From positions 25,811 through 89,810 of the forward strand of contig JAJEDD010000034.1 in assembly GCA_022821685.1 (NCBI GenBank): a stretch of 64,000 nt of DNA, in the 5' to 3' direction. The position numbers were made by a program, and so were the translations under genes. Source of the DNA: Acidimicrobiia bacterium. Lineage in GTDB: Bacteria > Actinomycetota > Acidimicrobiia > Acidimicrobiales > Aldehydirespiratoraceae. Positions 35,980 through 44,992 of this stretch are shown here, piece by piece. The first letter of the stretch is position 1, and every line of letters begins with the position of its first letter. The notes under the pieces are model-generated. The model did no database searches, was not told the origin of the DNA, and saw nothing but the letters and a program-made list of their open reading frames with translations.

Positions 35980-37278
35980 ATGCCGGTCGATCACCATCGC
36001 GGGGCTGAGCGCCACGCCGGCGACGATTCACCGGCAAGCGGCGCCGGGTCGTCGGCCCGGATCGGCCCGCGGTTGTGGGCCTTGCCGGTCGTCATCTTCT
36101 TGACCGCGGCCATGACCGTGGGCCAGATCACGATCCTGGGCAAGCAGGTGTACGACATGACTGGCGAGCCGCTCGATCTGGGCCTGCTCGGCCTGGCGGA
36201 GTTCGTGCCCACCCTGCTGCTGGCGCCGCTCAGCGGCGTGCTGTCGGACCGATTCGACCGGCGGGTGATGTACGCCTGCGGGCTGGTGGGCGAGGCGGCC
36301 GCGTCGGCGGGGTTGTACTTCTACGTGGCATCGGATCCTGCGTCGGTGGTACCGATCTTCGCTCTGGTGGTGCTCTTCGGCTGCGCTCGCTCGATGCTGA
36401 GCGCGGCCAGCCGGGTCATGCCGGTGGACATGGCGCCGCCCGGCGCGGTCGAGCGCATGGTGGCGGTGTGCATGTCGGGCTGGCAGGCCGGCTTCGTGGT
36501 GGGTCCGGTCGTGTTCAGCTTCGTCTTCGTGGTCGACGTGGCCGCTCCCTACCTGCTGGCCGCCGCCGCCGCGCTGGCTGCCGCGGCTCTGCTGGCGGTG
36601 GTGCCGGCCAGCGGCGTTGCCCGCTCCACCGCGGTTGGTGGCGGGGTGCGGGCGGTGCTGGTCCATGCCCTTCAGGGGCTCCGCTTCATCCGGCGCAATC
36701 GGGTGGTGCTGGGCATCATCTCCCTCGACCTGTTCGCGGTGCTGTTCGGGGGAGCGGTGGCGCTGCTGCCCGCCATCGCCGAGGAGCGTCTCGGCGTTGG
36801 GGCGGTGGGTCTGGGTTGGCTGCGGGCCGCGGTGGGGATCGGGGCCCTGGCCACGATGGCGGTGCTGGCGGTGCGGCCCCTGGCCCAGCGGGTGGGTCTG
36901 GCGCTGATGGCCGCGGTGGCGGTGTTCGGCCTGGGAACCATCGTGCTCGGCCTCACCCGCTCGTATGCGGTGGCCTTCATCGCGCTGCTGGCGCTGAGCG
37001 GCGCCGACTCGGTGAGCGTGTTCGTGCGCAGCACGCTGGTGCCCCTGGCAACCCCCGAGAACATGCGGGGCCGGGTCATGGCCGTCGAGTACACCTTCGT
37101 CGGAGCCTCCAACGAACTGGGCGCCTTCGAGTCCGGCGTCGCCGGGGCGCTGCTGGGAGTGGCCGGCGCAGTCGTGTTCGGAGGGGTCGGCACGCTGGCG
37201 GTAGTGGCCGCTTGGTGGCTGCTCTTCCCAGAACTGCGAAGAATCAACCGCTTCGCCGAAGTCCACCCCAACCCCTAG
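35980..37278 (+). CDS. MFS transporter (EntS/MFS_3-like)
   Basis: Start at ATG 35980 (MPVDHHRG...). Contains LSGVLSDRFDRRVMY (MFS loop motif) and 12 hydrophobic spans. It lies inside the spurious 1170-aa ORF 33766..37278. Confidence 0.8.
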   Translation: MPVDHHRGAERHAGDDSPASGAGSSARIGPRLWALPVVIFLTAAMTVGQITILGKQVYDMTGEPLDLGLLGLAEFVPTLLLAPLSGVLSDRFDRRVMYACGLVGEAAASAGLYFYVASDPASVVPIFALVVLFGCARSMLSAASRVMPVDMAPPGAVERMVAVCMSGWQAGFVVGPVVFSFVFVVDVAAPYLLAAAAALAAAALLAVVPASGVARSTAVGGGVRAVLVHALQGLRFIRRNRVVLGIISLDLFAVLFGGAVALLPAIAEERLGVGAVGLGWLRAAVGIGALATMAVLAVRPLAQRVGLALMAAVAVFGLGTIVLGLTRSYAVAFIALLALSGADSVSVFVRSTLVPLATPENMRGRVMAVEYTFVGASNELGAFESGVAGALLGVAGAVVFGGVGTLAVVAAWWLLFPELRRINRFAEVHPNP

Positions 37279-37484
37279 AGCAAGCACAACGATGGCGCTA
37301 GACGTGTTAACCGGGATCGCCTGCTACCGCTCCAGAGCCACCTCCGCACGAGTGTCACGATCACAAGCGCCATCGACGGCACGCCGAACAGTTCGCAGGT
37401 AGAGACCGACGACACTGGCTGAGGATGCTGAACTGGCGGTGGAGTCCTGCCCGACCCGAGCACTGAGACTCGAGTAGCCCGCGG

Positions 37485-37567
37485 TCAGCGGTCGGTGACG
37501 GTTCCGAGGGGGCTGTGCCGTGCGATCATGTCGAAGTCTCGGTTGTGTCGGCGAGTATCAGGTCCAT
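37485..37567 (-). pseudogene. vapC: vapC (PIN toxin) remnant with an internal deletion
   Basis: ATG overlaps the vapB stop (gaATGgaccTGA). It reads MDLILADTTETST* (PIN N-terminus (I/L)LxDT), then in another frame DFDMIARHSPLGTVTDR* (PIN C-terminal DFxxIA motif). The 83 nt total is not a multiple of 3. Confidence 0.55.
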
Positions 37568-37767
37568 TCGTGCCGGCTGGCGCGCATCTCGTCTAGGTCT
37601 CCCTCCCAGCCGGTGCCCTGCATGGCGAGGGCATCATCGAGGCTCATGGGCCCCACCGCAATGGCTCGCAATGCCAAATTGACGGCTTCTCGCTTCGTGC
37701 GCAGCCCGTATCTGCTCATCACCGACGCGCATGCCGCTTCGTCGATGTCGATGTTGGTCCTCGCCAT
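37558..37767 (-). CDS. vapB: VapB-family type II antitoxin
   Basis: MARTNIDIDEAACASVMSRYGLRTKREAVNLALRAI, typical of the VapB/DUF2191-type N-terminus. Start at ATG 37767. Confidence 0.7.
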   Translation of the reverse strand: MARTNIDIDEAACASVMSRYGLRTKREAVNLALRAIAVGPMSLDDALAMQGTGWEGDLDEMRASRHEWT

Positions 37768-37835
37768 ACACCGACGATACACCACTGTCTCCTGTGCCGG
37801 TCGCGTCCGTCGCCCACCCTGTCGGACCAAAATGA

Positions 37836-37907
37836 CTCACCGGTCGGCTCGGGCTACGGCCTTGCTGGCACGGACCGGATTCGCTTGCCTGCTTGCTTGG
37901 CCTCTAA
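37836..37907 (+). mobile_element. MITE-like repeat, copy G (3' half only)
   Basis: ctcaccggtcggctcgggctacggccttgctggcacggaccggattcgcttgcctgcttgcttggcctctaa aligns to the 3' half of copy C, including the CCTCTAA terminus. Confidence 0.5.
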
Positions 37908-37916
37908 CGTGCGGTC

Positions 37917-38291
37917 GTGGAAGCAGTGCGGGTTCTGGACAGCGGCGAGGCTTGTCCCGAACTGCCCATCGTTGAGCGGGGGGGACGGGCCCGAGCCGTG
38001 GTTTGGCCCGGGGTCGGGGCCGTGCACCGGTCTATGCACCTGCTTCGGCTCGATGGCGGCGGACGGACCAGCGTTCTCAAGCACCCCTCGGATGCCGTGT
38101 ACCACCTGTGCGAGGGATCGGCGACCGCGGACGATCCCGACGGGGGCGAAAGCTTCGAGATCGGGGTGGGGGCCATGCTCCACATCGACGCAGGCACCAC
38201 CTATCGGATAAGGGCCGGTGATGACGGGGCCCTGTTGATTGGCGGCCCCTGCCCGCCCGACCCGGCCTTGTACGGGCATCTGGAGGGCTGA
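37917..38291 (+). CDS. cupin-domain protein
   Basis: 124 aa; a diverged paralog of the next gene, sharing the ...GGPCPPD... C-terminus. Cupin motif weak (HLCEGSA). Confidence 0.55.
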   Translation: MEAVRVLDSGEACPELPIVERGGRARAVVWPGVGAVHRSMHLLRLDGGGRTSVLKHPSDAVYHLCEGSATADDPDGGESFEIGVGAMLHIDAGTTYRIRAGDDGALLIGGPCPPDPALYGHLEG

Positions 38292-38294
38292 CCC

Positions 38295-38669
38295 TTGGCT
38301 ATCCGTGTTTTTCACCGCGACGAGCCCAGCCTGTACGCGCCCATCATCTCCAGCGACGCCCGGTTCGTAGTGTGGCCGGGGGTCGGCGCTGAGACGGCCA
38401 ACATGAACTACGTCGTGCTCGAACCGGGCGAGGAGAACGTCCCCCATACCCACGACGAATCCGAGGACACGATCTTCTGCCTCGAGGGCCGGGGCACGGT
38501 GAGCGACCTCACCAACGACGCCCGGCTCGAGTTCGAGGCCGGCCAGGTCATCCATGTGCCCGCCGGCGTGGAGCACGCGGTCATGGCCGACCGGGGCGAG
38601 CGGATCGTCAGCATCGGCGGTCCCTGCCCGCCCGACTGGAACCTGCTGCGCTTTCTCGGATTCGCATGA
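38295..38669 (+). CDS. cupin-domain protein
   Basis: TTG start; VPHTHDESEDTIFCLEGRG (cupin motif 1, HxH..E..G) and VIHVPAGVEHAV (motif 2). Confidence 0.7.
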   Translation: MAIRVFHRDEPSLYAPIISSDARFVVWPGVGAETANMNYVVLEPGEENVPHTHDESEDTIFCLEGRGTVSDLTNDARLEFEAGQVIHVPAGVEHAVMADRGERIVSIGGPCPPDWNLLRFLGFA

Positions 38670-38807
38670 GAGGCCGAGCGGATAGGCGAGCGATTCCGGC
38701 CCATACGGGCGAGGCCGTGGCCCGAGCGGCCCGTGAGCGCAGCGAACAAGAGCGGGGAATACCCCGCCGTGACGAGACAGGCCTTCATCCATTTGCGCGC
38801 CCTCTAA
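38668..38807 (-). mobile_element. MITE-like repeat, copy E (full length, inverted orientation)
   Basis: The reverse complement aligns end to end with copy C (ttagagggcgcgcaaatggatgaaggcc...ccgctcggcctc). It abuts the cupin TGA and ends 13 nt before the next gene's GTG. Confidence 0.7.
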
Positions 38808-38820
38808 GGGCGACCCGCGA

Positions 38821-39681
38821 GTGAAGCCCGCCGCCTTCGACTATCGCGCCCCCCGCACGCTGGAGGAGGCGCTGGGCCTGCTGCGTGAGCATCAGGACGA
38901 GGCCAAGGTCTTGGCCGGCGGTCAGAGCCTGGTGCCAGCCATGAACTTCCGGCTGGCTCGGCCCGCGGTGCTGGTCGACATCGCCCGGGTGCCCGGACTG
39001 GACCGTATCGATCTGGACGACCCCGGCAGCGTGACCGTCGGGGCCCGGGTGCGCCACCTGGATCTGGAACACAACACCATCCCCGGGCCCCTGGGTGTGC
39101 TGCTGGCCCGCACCGGCCGCTGGGTGGGCCACTACCCGATCCGGGTGCGCGGCACTTTCGGCGGAAGCCTCGCCCACGCCGATCCGGCGGCCGAATGGTG
39201 TGCACTGGCCTGCGCCCTAGACGCCGAGATCCACTGCCGCAGCGCCAACGGTGCTCGGGTGGTGGAAGCGTGCGACTTCTTCGAGCAGATGGCCTTCACC
39301 ACCTGCCTGGCGCCCGACGAACTGCTGATGGGGGTGCGGCTGCCGAGCCTCGGCGACTCATGGGGCGTCGGCATGGCCGAGTTCGCCCGTCGCTGGGGCG
39401 ACTTCGCCATCGTGTTGGCCATTGCCGCGGTGGAGCGCGACGGAGACTCGGTCGCCCGGGCCCGGATCGCGCTGGGCGGCGTGGCCGGAGGACCGGTGCG
39501 GGCGGCCCACGCTGAGGCTGCCCTGAGCGGCCGCGCGGCCACGCCAGAGTCGGTGGCTGCGGCCGCGGCCGCGGCGGCCGAGGAGGTCGACCCCACCGGC
39601 GACATTCACGGTTCGGCCGACTATCGCCGAGATCTGGTGCGAACCATGGTTACCCGAGCGCTGAACCAGGCCCTGGCGTGA
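38821..39681 (+). CDS. xanthine-dehydrogenase-family FAD-binding subunit (CoxM/CutM-like)
   Basis: FDYRAPRTLEEALGLLREHQDEAKVLAGGQSLVPAMNFRLARP. Confidence 0.85.
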   Translation: MKPAAFDYRAPRTLEEALGLLREHQDEAKVLAGGQSLVPAMNFRLARPAVLVDIARVPGLDRIDLDDPGSVTVGARVRHLDLEHNTIPGPLGVLLARTGRWVGHYPIRVRGTFGGSLAHADPAAEWCALACALDAEIHCRSANGARVVEACDFFEQMAFTTCLAPDELLMGVRLPSLGDSWGVGMAEFARRWGDFAIVLAIAAVERDGDSVARARIALGGVAGGPVRAAHAEAALSGRAATPESVAAAAAAAAEEVDPTGDIHGSADYRRDLVRTMVTRALNQALA

Positions 39682-42038
39682 GCTGGACTGGCCGGTCGCT
39701 GCGCCGGTTCGAGGATCCGGCGCTGGTGCGGGGACTGGGCCGGTTCGTGGCCGATGTGGCCGACAATCACACCGGCGCCCGCCACGCCGCCTTCGTGCGC
39801 AGCCCGGTTCCGGCGGGCCGGATCCGCTCGATTGAGGCTCCGGCGGGCGCCTCGGTGTTCACCGCGGCCAGCTTCTCGGGGATCGGGACCATCTGTGCTC
39901 GGCTCGACCGGCCCGACTTTGTGCCGCTGGAGACGCCGGTGCTGGCGTCGGACGCGGTGCGCCATCAGGGCGAGCCGGTGGCCCTGGTGGTGGCCGGGTC
40001 GCGGGCCGAGGCCGAGGATCTGGCCGAGCAGGTGATCGTCGACATCGAGGCGACCCGCCCGGTGCTCGACGCGGCGGCGGCCACCGATCCGGACGCTCCC
40101 GCCGTCCACCGCGGCCTCGACATGCCGATGGGCAACAACGTGGTGCTCGACGCCCGCTTCGCCACCGACGAGCTGGAAGCGGCCTTCGAGGCGGCCGACG
40201 AGATCGTCGAGATCGAGATCCGGGCCCACCGGCAGAACGCGCTGCCCATCGAGGCTCGGGGCGCGATGGCGGCCCACGACCCCGGCACCGGCCGCACCAC
40301 GCTCACCGCCGCCAACCAGATGCCCCACATGCTGCGCACCGCGCTGGCCGACATCCTGAACGTCCCGGAGGCCGAGCTTCGGGTGGTGACCCCCGAGGTG
40401 GGAGGGGCCTTCGGGCAGAAGATGTGCGTGCCCCGCGAGTACGTGGCGCTGGTGGCCGCCGCCCGCCTGCTCAACACCACCATCGCCTGGATCGAGGACC
40501 GCTCCGAGAACCTGCTGGCCTCGTGGCACAGCCGAGACCACAGCTACCGGCTCGCCGGCGCATTCAGCCGCGGTGGCGCCCTGCTCGGCCTCGACGCCGA
40601 CATCGTGTGCAACATCGGGGCCTACAGCAACTATCCGGTCACCTTCGGCGTGGAGCCCCTCATGGCCCTGGCCGAGCTCCCCGGCCCGTACCGGCTGTCG
40701 CAGTACCGGGTGCGGTCCCGGGCGGTGACCACCAACCTGTGTCCCATCGCCCCCTACCGGGGCGTGTCGCGCCCGGTGCTGACCCTGGCCATGGAGCGCC
40801 TCATCGACACCGCCGCCCGCCGGCTCGGCCTCGATCCCGTCCGCGTCCGCCGGACCAACCTGGTCACCGAGTTTCCGTACTCGATGCCCACCGGGCTGCC
40901 GGTAGATCCGGGCTCCTACTCTGAGACCCTCGAAACGGCTGTCGAGGCGGTCGACCTCGAAGGTTTCCGCCGCCGTCAGCAGCAGGCCGCCGCCCAGGGC
41001 CGCTATCTCGGGATCGGGTTCTCGGTGTTCGGTGAGCGCACCGGCTACGGCACCCCCGCCTTCGCGGCCCGGGCCATGGAGATCACCCCCGGCTACGAGA
41101 CGGTTCGGCTAGAGATGAACCCGTCGGGCGACGTCACCGCCCGCATCGGCGCCTCGCCCCACGGCCAGGGGCTGGCCACCGCCCTGTCGCAGCTGCTGGC
41201 CGACGAGCTCGGCGTCGAGCCCCGGCAGGTGGCGGTGGTCCACGGCGACACCGACGCCGCCCCCTACGGGTGGGGCACCTTCGCCAGCCGGTCGATGGTC
41301 ATCGCGGGCGGGGCGACCAAGCTGGCCGGCCAGCGTCTGGCCGCGCGGCTCAAAGAGATCGCAGCCCACCACCTTGAGGCCAGCCCCGACGACATTCGCC
41401 TGGAGCAGGGGTCGGCCACGGTGGCCGGCACCAGCATCGGCATGGCCCTGCCCGAGATCGCCCGCCTGGCCCATCACAGCAGCCATCGCCTGCCCGGCGA
41501 CATGGAGCCCGGCCTGGCGGTGTCGGCCACCTACGACCCGGCCGGCACCTTCTCCAACGCCTGCCACGCGGCGGTGGTCGAGGTCGATCCCGACACCGGC
41601 GCGGTGTGCCTGGAGCGTTTCGTGGTGATCGCCGACGCCGGGGTGGAGGTCAACCCCATGATCGTGGAGGGCCAGATCCACGGGGGCGTCACCCAGGGAA
41701 TCGCCAACGCCCTCTACGAGGAGTTGGTGGTGGACGGCGACGGCAACCTGTTGACCGCCTCGCTGATGGACTTCCTGCCGCCGACTGCGTGCGAGATCCC
41801 CGACATCGAGGTGACCCACATCCAGACCGTCACCGACGCTTCGATCACCGGGGCCAAGGGCGTGGGCGAGGGCGGCGCCATCGGCGCCCCCGCCGCGGTG
41901 CTGAACGCCATCTCGGACGCGCTGGCGCCGCTGGGGATCGAGGTGAACGAGATGCCGGCCACCCCGTCGCGGCTGCGCGAGCTGATCCGCCAAGCCGTGC
42001 CCGCCAGCACAGCCGAGACCGCGGCCGCAGGAGGCTGA
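39678..42038 (+). CDS. xanthine-dehydrogenase-family molybdopterin-binding large subunit (paralog 1)
   Basis: RRFEDPALVRGLGRFVADV, APYRGVSRP, GVGEGGAIGAPAAV. GTGA overlap with the upstream gene. No CODH-type VAYRCSFR loop. Confidence 0.85.
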   Translation: MSWTGRSLRRFEDPALVRGLGRFVADVADNHTGARHAAFVRSPVPAGRIRSIEAPAGASVFTAASFSGIGTICARLDRPDFVPLETPVLASDAVRHQGEPVALVVAGSRAEAEDLAEQVIVDIEATRPVLDAAAATDPDAPAVHRGLDMPMGNNVVLDARFATDELEAAFEAADEIVEIEIRAHRQNALPIEARGAMAAHDPGTGRTTLTAANQMPHMLRTALADILNVPEAELRVVTPEVGGAFGQKMCVPREYVALVAAARLLNTTIAWIEDRSENLLASWHSRDHSYRLAGAFSRGGALLGLDADIVCNIGAYSNYPVTFGVEPLMALAELPGPYRLSQYRVRSRAVTTNLCPIAPYRGVSRPVLTLAMERLIDTAARRLGLDPVRVRRTNLVTEFPYSMPTGLPVDPGSYSETLETAVEAVDLEGFRRRQQQAAAQGRYLGIGFSVFGERTGYGTPAFAARAMEITPGYETVRLEMNPSGDVTARIGASPHGQGLATALSQLLADELGVEPRQVAVVHGDTDAAPYGWGTFASRSMVIAGGATKLAGQRLAARLKEIAAHHLEASPDDIRLEQGSATVAGTSIGMALPEIARLAHHSSHRLPGDMEPGLAVSATYDPAGTFSNACHAAVVEVDPDTGAVCLERFVVIADAGVEVNPMIVEGQIHGGVTQGIANALYEELVVDGDGNLLTASLMDFLPPTACEIPDIEVTHIQTVTDASITGAKGVGEGGAIGAPAAVLNAISDALAPLGIEVNEMPATPSRLRELIRQAVPASTAETAAAGG

Positions 42039-42041
42039 AAC

Positions 42042-42521
42042 ATGAACGCTGAGCGAGTCGAGTTGACCCTCACCGTGAACGGTGAGCCCCGCGCGGTGGC
42101 GGTGGAGCCGCGCAAGACCCTGGCCGACACCCTGCGCGAGGACTGCGGGCTGACCGGAACCCACCTCGGCTGCGAGCACGGCGTGTGCGGCGCCTGCACC
42201 GTCTTGGTCGACGACGAGCCGGTGCGGTCGTGCCTGATGTTCGCGGTGCAGTGCTCCGGCGTCGAGATCCGCACCGTGGAGGGCCTCGCCGACGGCGACC
42301 GCCTCCATCCCATCCAGCAGGCTTTCTGGGAGCATCACGGGCTGCAGTGCGGCTTCTGCACCCCTGGGTTCCTGATGCTGGCCACCTCGGTGCTCGAAGC
42401 CCGTCCCGACATCGGCGACGAAGAGCTGCGCGAGGTGCTGGCCTCGAACCTGTGCCGCTGCACCGGCTACCAGAACATCATCACCTCGGTGCACGCGGCC
42501 CGCGACCAGATGCGGCCGTGA
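42042..42521 (+). CDS. (2Fe-2S)-binding small subunit (CoxS-like)
   Basis: GCEHGVCGACTVLVDDEPVRSC and QCGFCTPGF...NLCRCTGY. Confidence 0.9.
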   Translation: MNAERVELTLTVNGEPRAVAVEPRKTLADTLREDCGLTGTHLGCEHGVCGACTVLVDDEPVRSCLMFAVQCSGVEIRTVEGLADGDRLHPIQQAFWEHHGLQCGFCTPGFLMLATSVLEARPDIGDEELREVLASNLCRCTGYQNIITSVHAARDQMRP

Positions 42522-42554
42522 TCGGACCCACTCGGCTCGGCCCATGAGACGGCT

Positions 42555-44846
42555 GTGATCGGCGAGTCGGTTCCCCGCCTCGAGGATCGGCCCCTGCTGC
42601 GGGGCGAGGGCCGGTTCGTGGCCGACATCGACCTGCCGCACCAGCTCCACATGCGCATCGTGCGATCCCACGCCGCCCACGGCACGATCACCTCTATAGA
42701 CGCGGCCGAGGCGCTGGCCGTGCCCGGCGTGGCCGCGGTCTGGACCGGCGCCGACGTGGCCGACGTGCCGCCCATCGACTTCAGGCAGGTGGGCGCCGAC
42801 CAGATGGTTCCCTACCGCCAGCCGATCCTGGCCCAGCGCCGGGTGCGCTACGTGGGCGAGCCCGTCGCCGCGGTGTTCGCAGCCGACCCGTACACCGCCG
42901 AGGACGGTGCCGAACGGGTGGTGGTGGAGGTGGCGGAGCTGCCGCCGGTGCTCGACGCCGCCGGACCGCTCGGCGACTTCGACGAACGGCTCGACACCGA
43001 GGCCTACGTCTTCACCGAGGCCACCGGCGACGTCGAAGAGGCCTTCGCCCGAGCCGAGCACATCCTGGAGGCCGAGTTCCGGGTGGGGCGCCACACCGGC
43101 GTGCCCCTGGAGTGCCGGGGCGCGGTGGCCGCGCACCACCGAGACACCCAGACGCTCGAGTTTCTGGGCGCGGCCAAGGTCCCGTTCCAGAACCGCGACG
43201 CCCTGGCGCAGATGCTGGGCCTGCCGCCGTCGCGGGTGGTGCTGCGCGAAGCCCATGTGGGCGGCGGGTTCGGCGTGCGGGGCGAGCTGTACCCCGAGGA
43301 CGTGCTGGTGGCGCTGGCCGCGCTGCGCCTCGGCCGGCCGGTGAAGTGGATCGAGGACCGCCAAGAGCATCTGGTGGCGGCCAACCATTCGCGCGATCAG
43401 CTCCACCGGCTGCGGGTGGCGACCGACGCTCGGGGAGTGATCGAGGGCCTCGAGGTGGAGTTCGTCAGCGACCAGGGCGCCTATGTCCGCACCCACGGGG
43501 CGACGGTGGCGACGCTGGCCGCGGCCATGCTGCCCGGCCCGTACCGGATCCCGAACTATCGCGTCACCGGCCGGGTGAGGCTGTCCAACAAGACCCCGGC
43601 CGGCACCTACCGGGCACCGGGACGCTACGAGAGCACGTTCGTGCGGGAACGGGCCATGGATGCCGTCGCCGCCGAACTGGGCATCGACCGAGCCGAGGTC
43701 CGCCGCCGCAACCTGATCGGATCCGACGAGATGCCCTTCGAGCGCGGCATCGACGCCCTCGGCACGCCGGTGGTGTACGACTCGGGCCGCTACGAGACGA
43801 TGCTCGACCGGGTGTTGGACCACATCGACTATTCGGCCCTCACCGAGTCGCTGGCCGAGCGGCGGGCGGCCGGCGAGCTGGTCGGGCTCGGACTCGGCTT
43901 CTTCGTGGAGAAGTCGGGCCTCGGTCCGTTCGCGGGGAGCCGGATCACCGTCGACGGCTCGGGCCGGGTCACCGTCACCACCGGGGAGGCGTCGGTGGGC
44001 CAGGGCTTCGAGACGGTGATGGCCCAGATCTGCTCGGACGTTCTCGGCGTCGGCCTCGACAGCATCTCGGTGGTCCACGGCCAGACCGATCAGATGTCGT
44101 ACGGGATGGGCGCCTTCGCCAGCCGGGCCACGGTGATGGCCGGAACCGCCACCCACGATGCCAGCGAGGCGCTGCGCCAGAGGGCCATAGAGGCGGCCGC
44201 CGAGATGCTCGAAGCCAGCGCCGACGACCTGGTGATGGCCGACGGCGCGGTGAGCGTGGCTGGCTCGCCCGCCCAGGCCGTCACGCTGGGCGAGATCGCG
44301 TCGGCTCTGGGCCCGGCGTCGCCCCTCGCAAGGGGCCGGCCCGGGCTGGTGGCCGAGGAGTGGTACACCACCAGCCACATGAACTACCCCTACGGGCTGC
44401 ACGCCGGCGTGGCCGCGCTCGACCCCGACACCGGCCGTCTGGCTTTCGAGCGCTATGTGATCGCCTACGACGTCGGTCGGGCCATCAACCCGATGCTGGT
44501 GGAGGGCCAGATCGTGGGCGGCGCGGCCCAGGGCTTCGGCGGAGCGCTGTTCGAGGACTTCAGCTACGACGAGATCGGCCAGCCCCAGGCGACCACGTTC
44601 ATGGACTACCTGATGCCCACCGCGGCCGAGATGCCCGACCTGGAGATCCTGCTGTCGGAGGACGCCCCCAGCCCGCTCAACCCGCTCGGCGTCAAGGGAG
44701 CGGGCGAGGGCGGCACCAACGCCTGCGGCGCGGTGGTGGCAGCCGCCATCGACGACGCCCTGGGCCGCCCCGGCGCGGTGACCTCGCTGCCCGTCACCCC
44801 GGAGCGCCTCCACGCCATGTGCCGGAGTCTCGCCGCGACCGGCTGA
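42555..44846 (+). CDS. xanthine-dehydrogenase-family molybdopterin-binding large subunit (paralog 2)
   Basis: RLEDRPLLRGEGRFVADI, GTYRAPGRYE, GVKGAGEGGTNACGAVV. Confidence 0.85.
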   Translation: MIGESVPRLEDRPLLRGEGRFVADIDLPHQLHMRIVRSHAAHGTITSIDAAEALAVPGVAAVWTGADVADVPPIDFRQVGADQMVPYRQPILAQRRVRYVGEPVAAVFAADPYTAEDGAERVVVEVAELPPVLDAAGPLGDFDERLDTEAYVFTEATGDVEEAFARAEHILEAEFRVGRHTGVPLECRGAVAAHHRDTQTLEFLGAAKVPFQNRDALAQMLGLPPSRVVLREAHVGGGFGVRGELYPEDVLVALAALRLGRPVKWIEDRQEHLVAANHSRDQLHRLRVATDARGVIEGLEVEFVSDQGAYVRTHGATVATLAAAMLPGPYRIPNYRVTGRVRLSNKTPAGTYRAPGRYESTFVRERAMDAVAAELGIDRAEVRRRNLIGSDEMPFERGIDALGTPVVYDSGRYETMLDRVLDHIDYSALTESLAERRAAGELVGLGLGFFVEKSGLGPFAGSRITVDGSGRVTVTTGEASVGQGFETVMAQICSDVLGVGLDSISVVHGQTDQMSYGMGAFASRATVMAGTATHDASEALRQRAIEAAAEMLEASADDLVMADGAVSVAGSPAQAVTLGEIASALGPASPLARGRPGLVAEEWYTTSHMNYPYGLHAGVAALDPDTGRLAFERYVIAYDVGRAINPMLVEGQIVGGAAQGFGGALFEDFSYDEIGQPQATTFMDYLMPTAAEMPDLEILLSEDAPSPLNPLGVKGAGEGGTNACGAVVAAAIDDALGRPGAVTSLPVTPERLHAMCRSLAATG

Positions 44847-44992
44847 CCGGTCGGGGCCTGTTCCCGCTCGTTGGCGTTCGAGTTGCCGGTTAGGTCACCG
44901 GGGATGCGTACCCTGCTGTCGGATTATCGCCGCTTCGGCGGCTGGGAGCGGACAGGGATGGGTAGCGGGACTCCAAGCGAAGGGTCGGCGGC

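Noticed and set aside
33766-37278. A 1170-aa plus-strand ORF. Similar giants occur at 41109..44813 (-, 1234 aa), 19267..21459 (-, 730 aa), 2568..4583 (+, 671 aa) and 61691..63649 (+, 652 aa).
   Set aside because: They run antisense to, or out of frame with, genes that have clear family motifs. Their products are Arg/Gly/His/Pro/Ala-rich with no motifs. This is the expected by-product of stop-codon-poor high-GC DNA. Only the 3' third of 33766..37278, from ATG 35980, is a real MFS gene.
44858-44890. Possible MITE fragment (gttcccgctcgttggcgttcgag) at the left edge of the defence island, which would hint that the island inserted into a repeat copy.
   Set aside because: Only about 9 contiguous identical bases (ttcccgctc) plus scattered matches are shared. 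That is too weak to distinguish from chance by eye.
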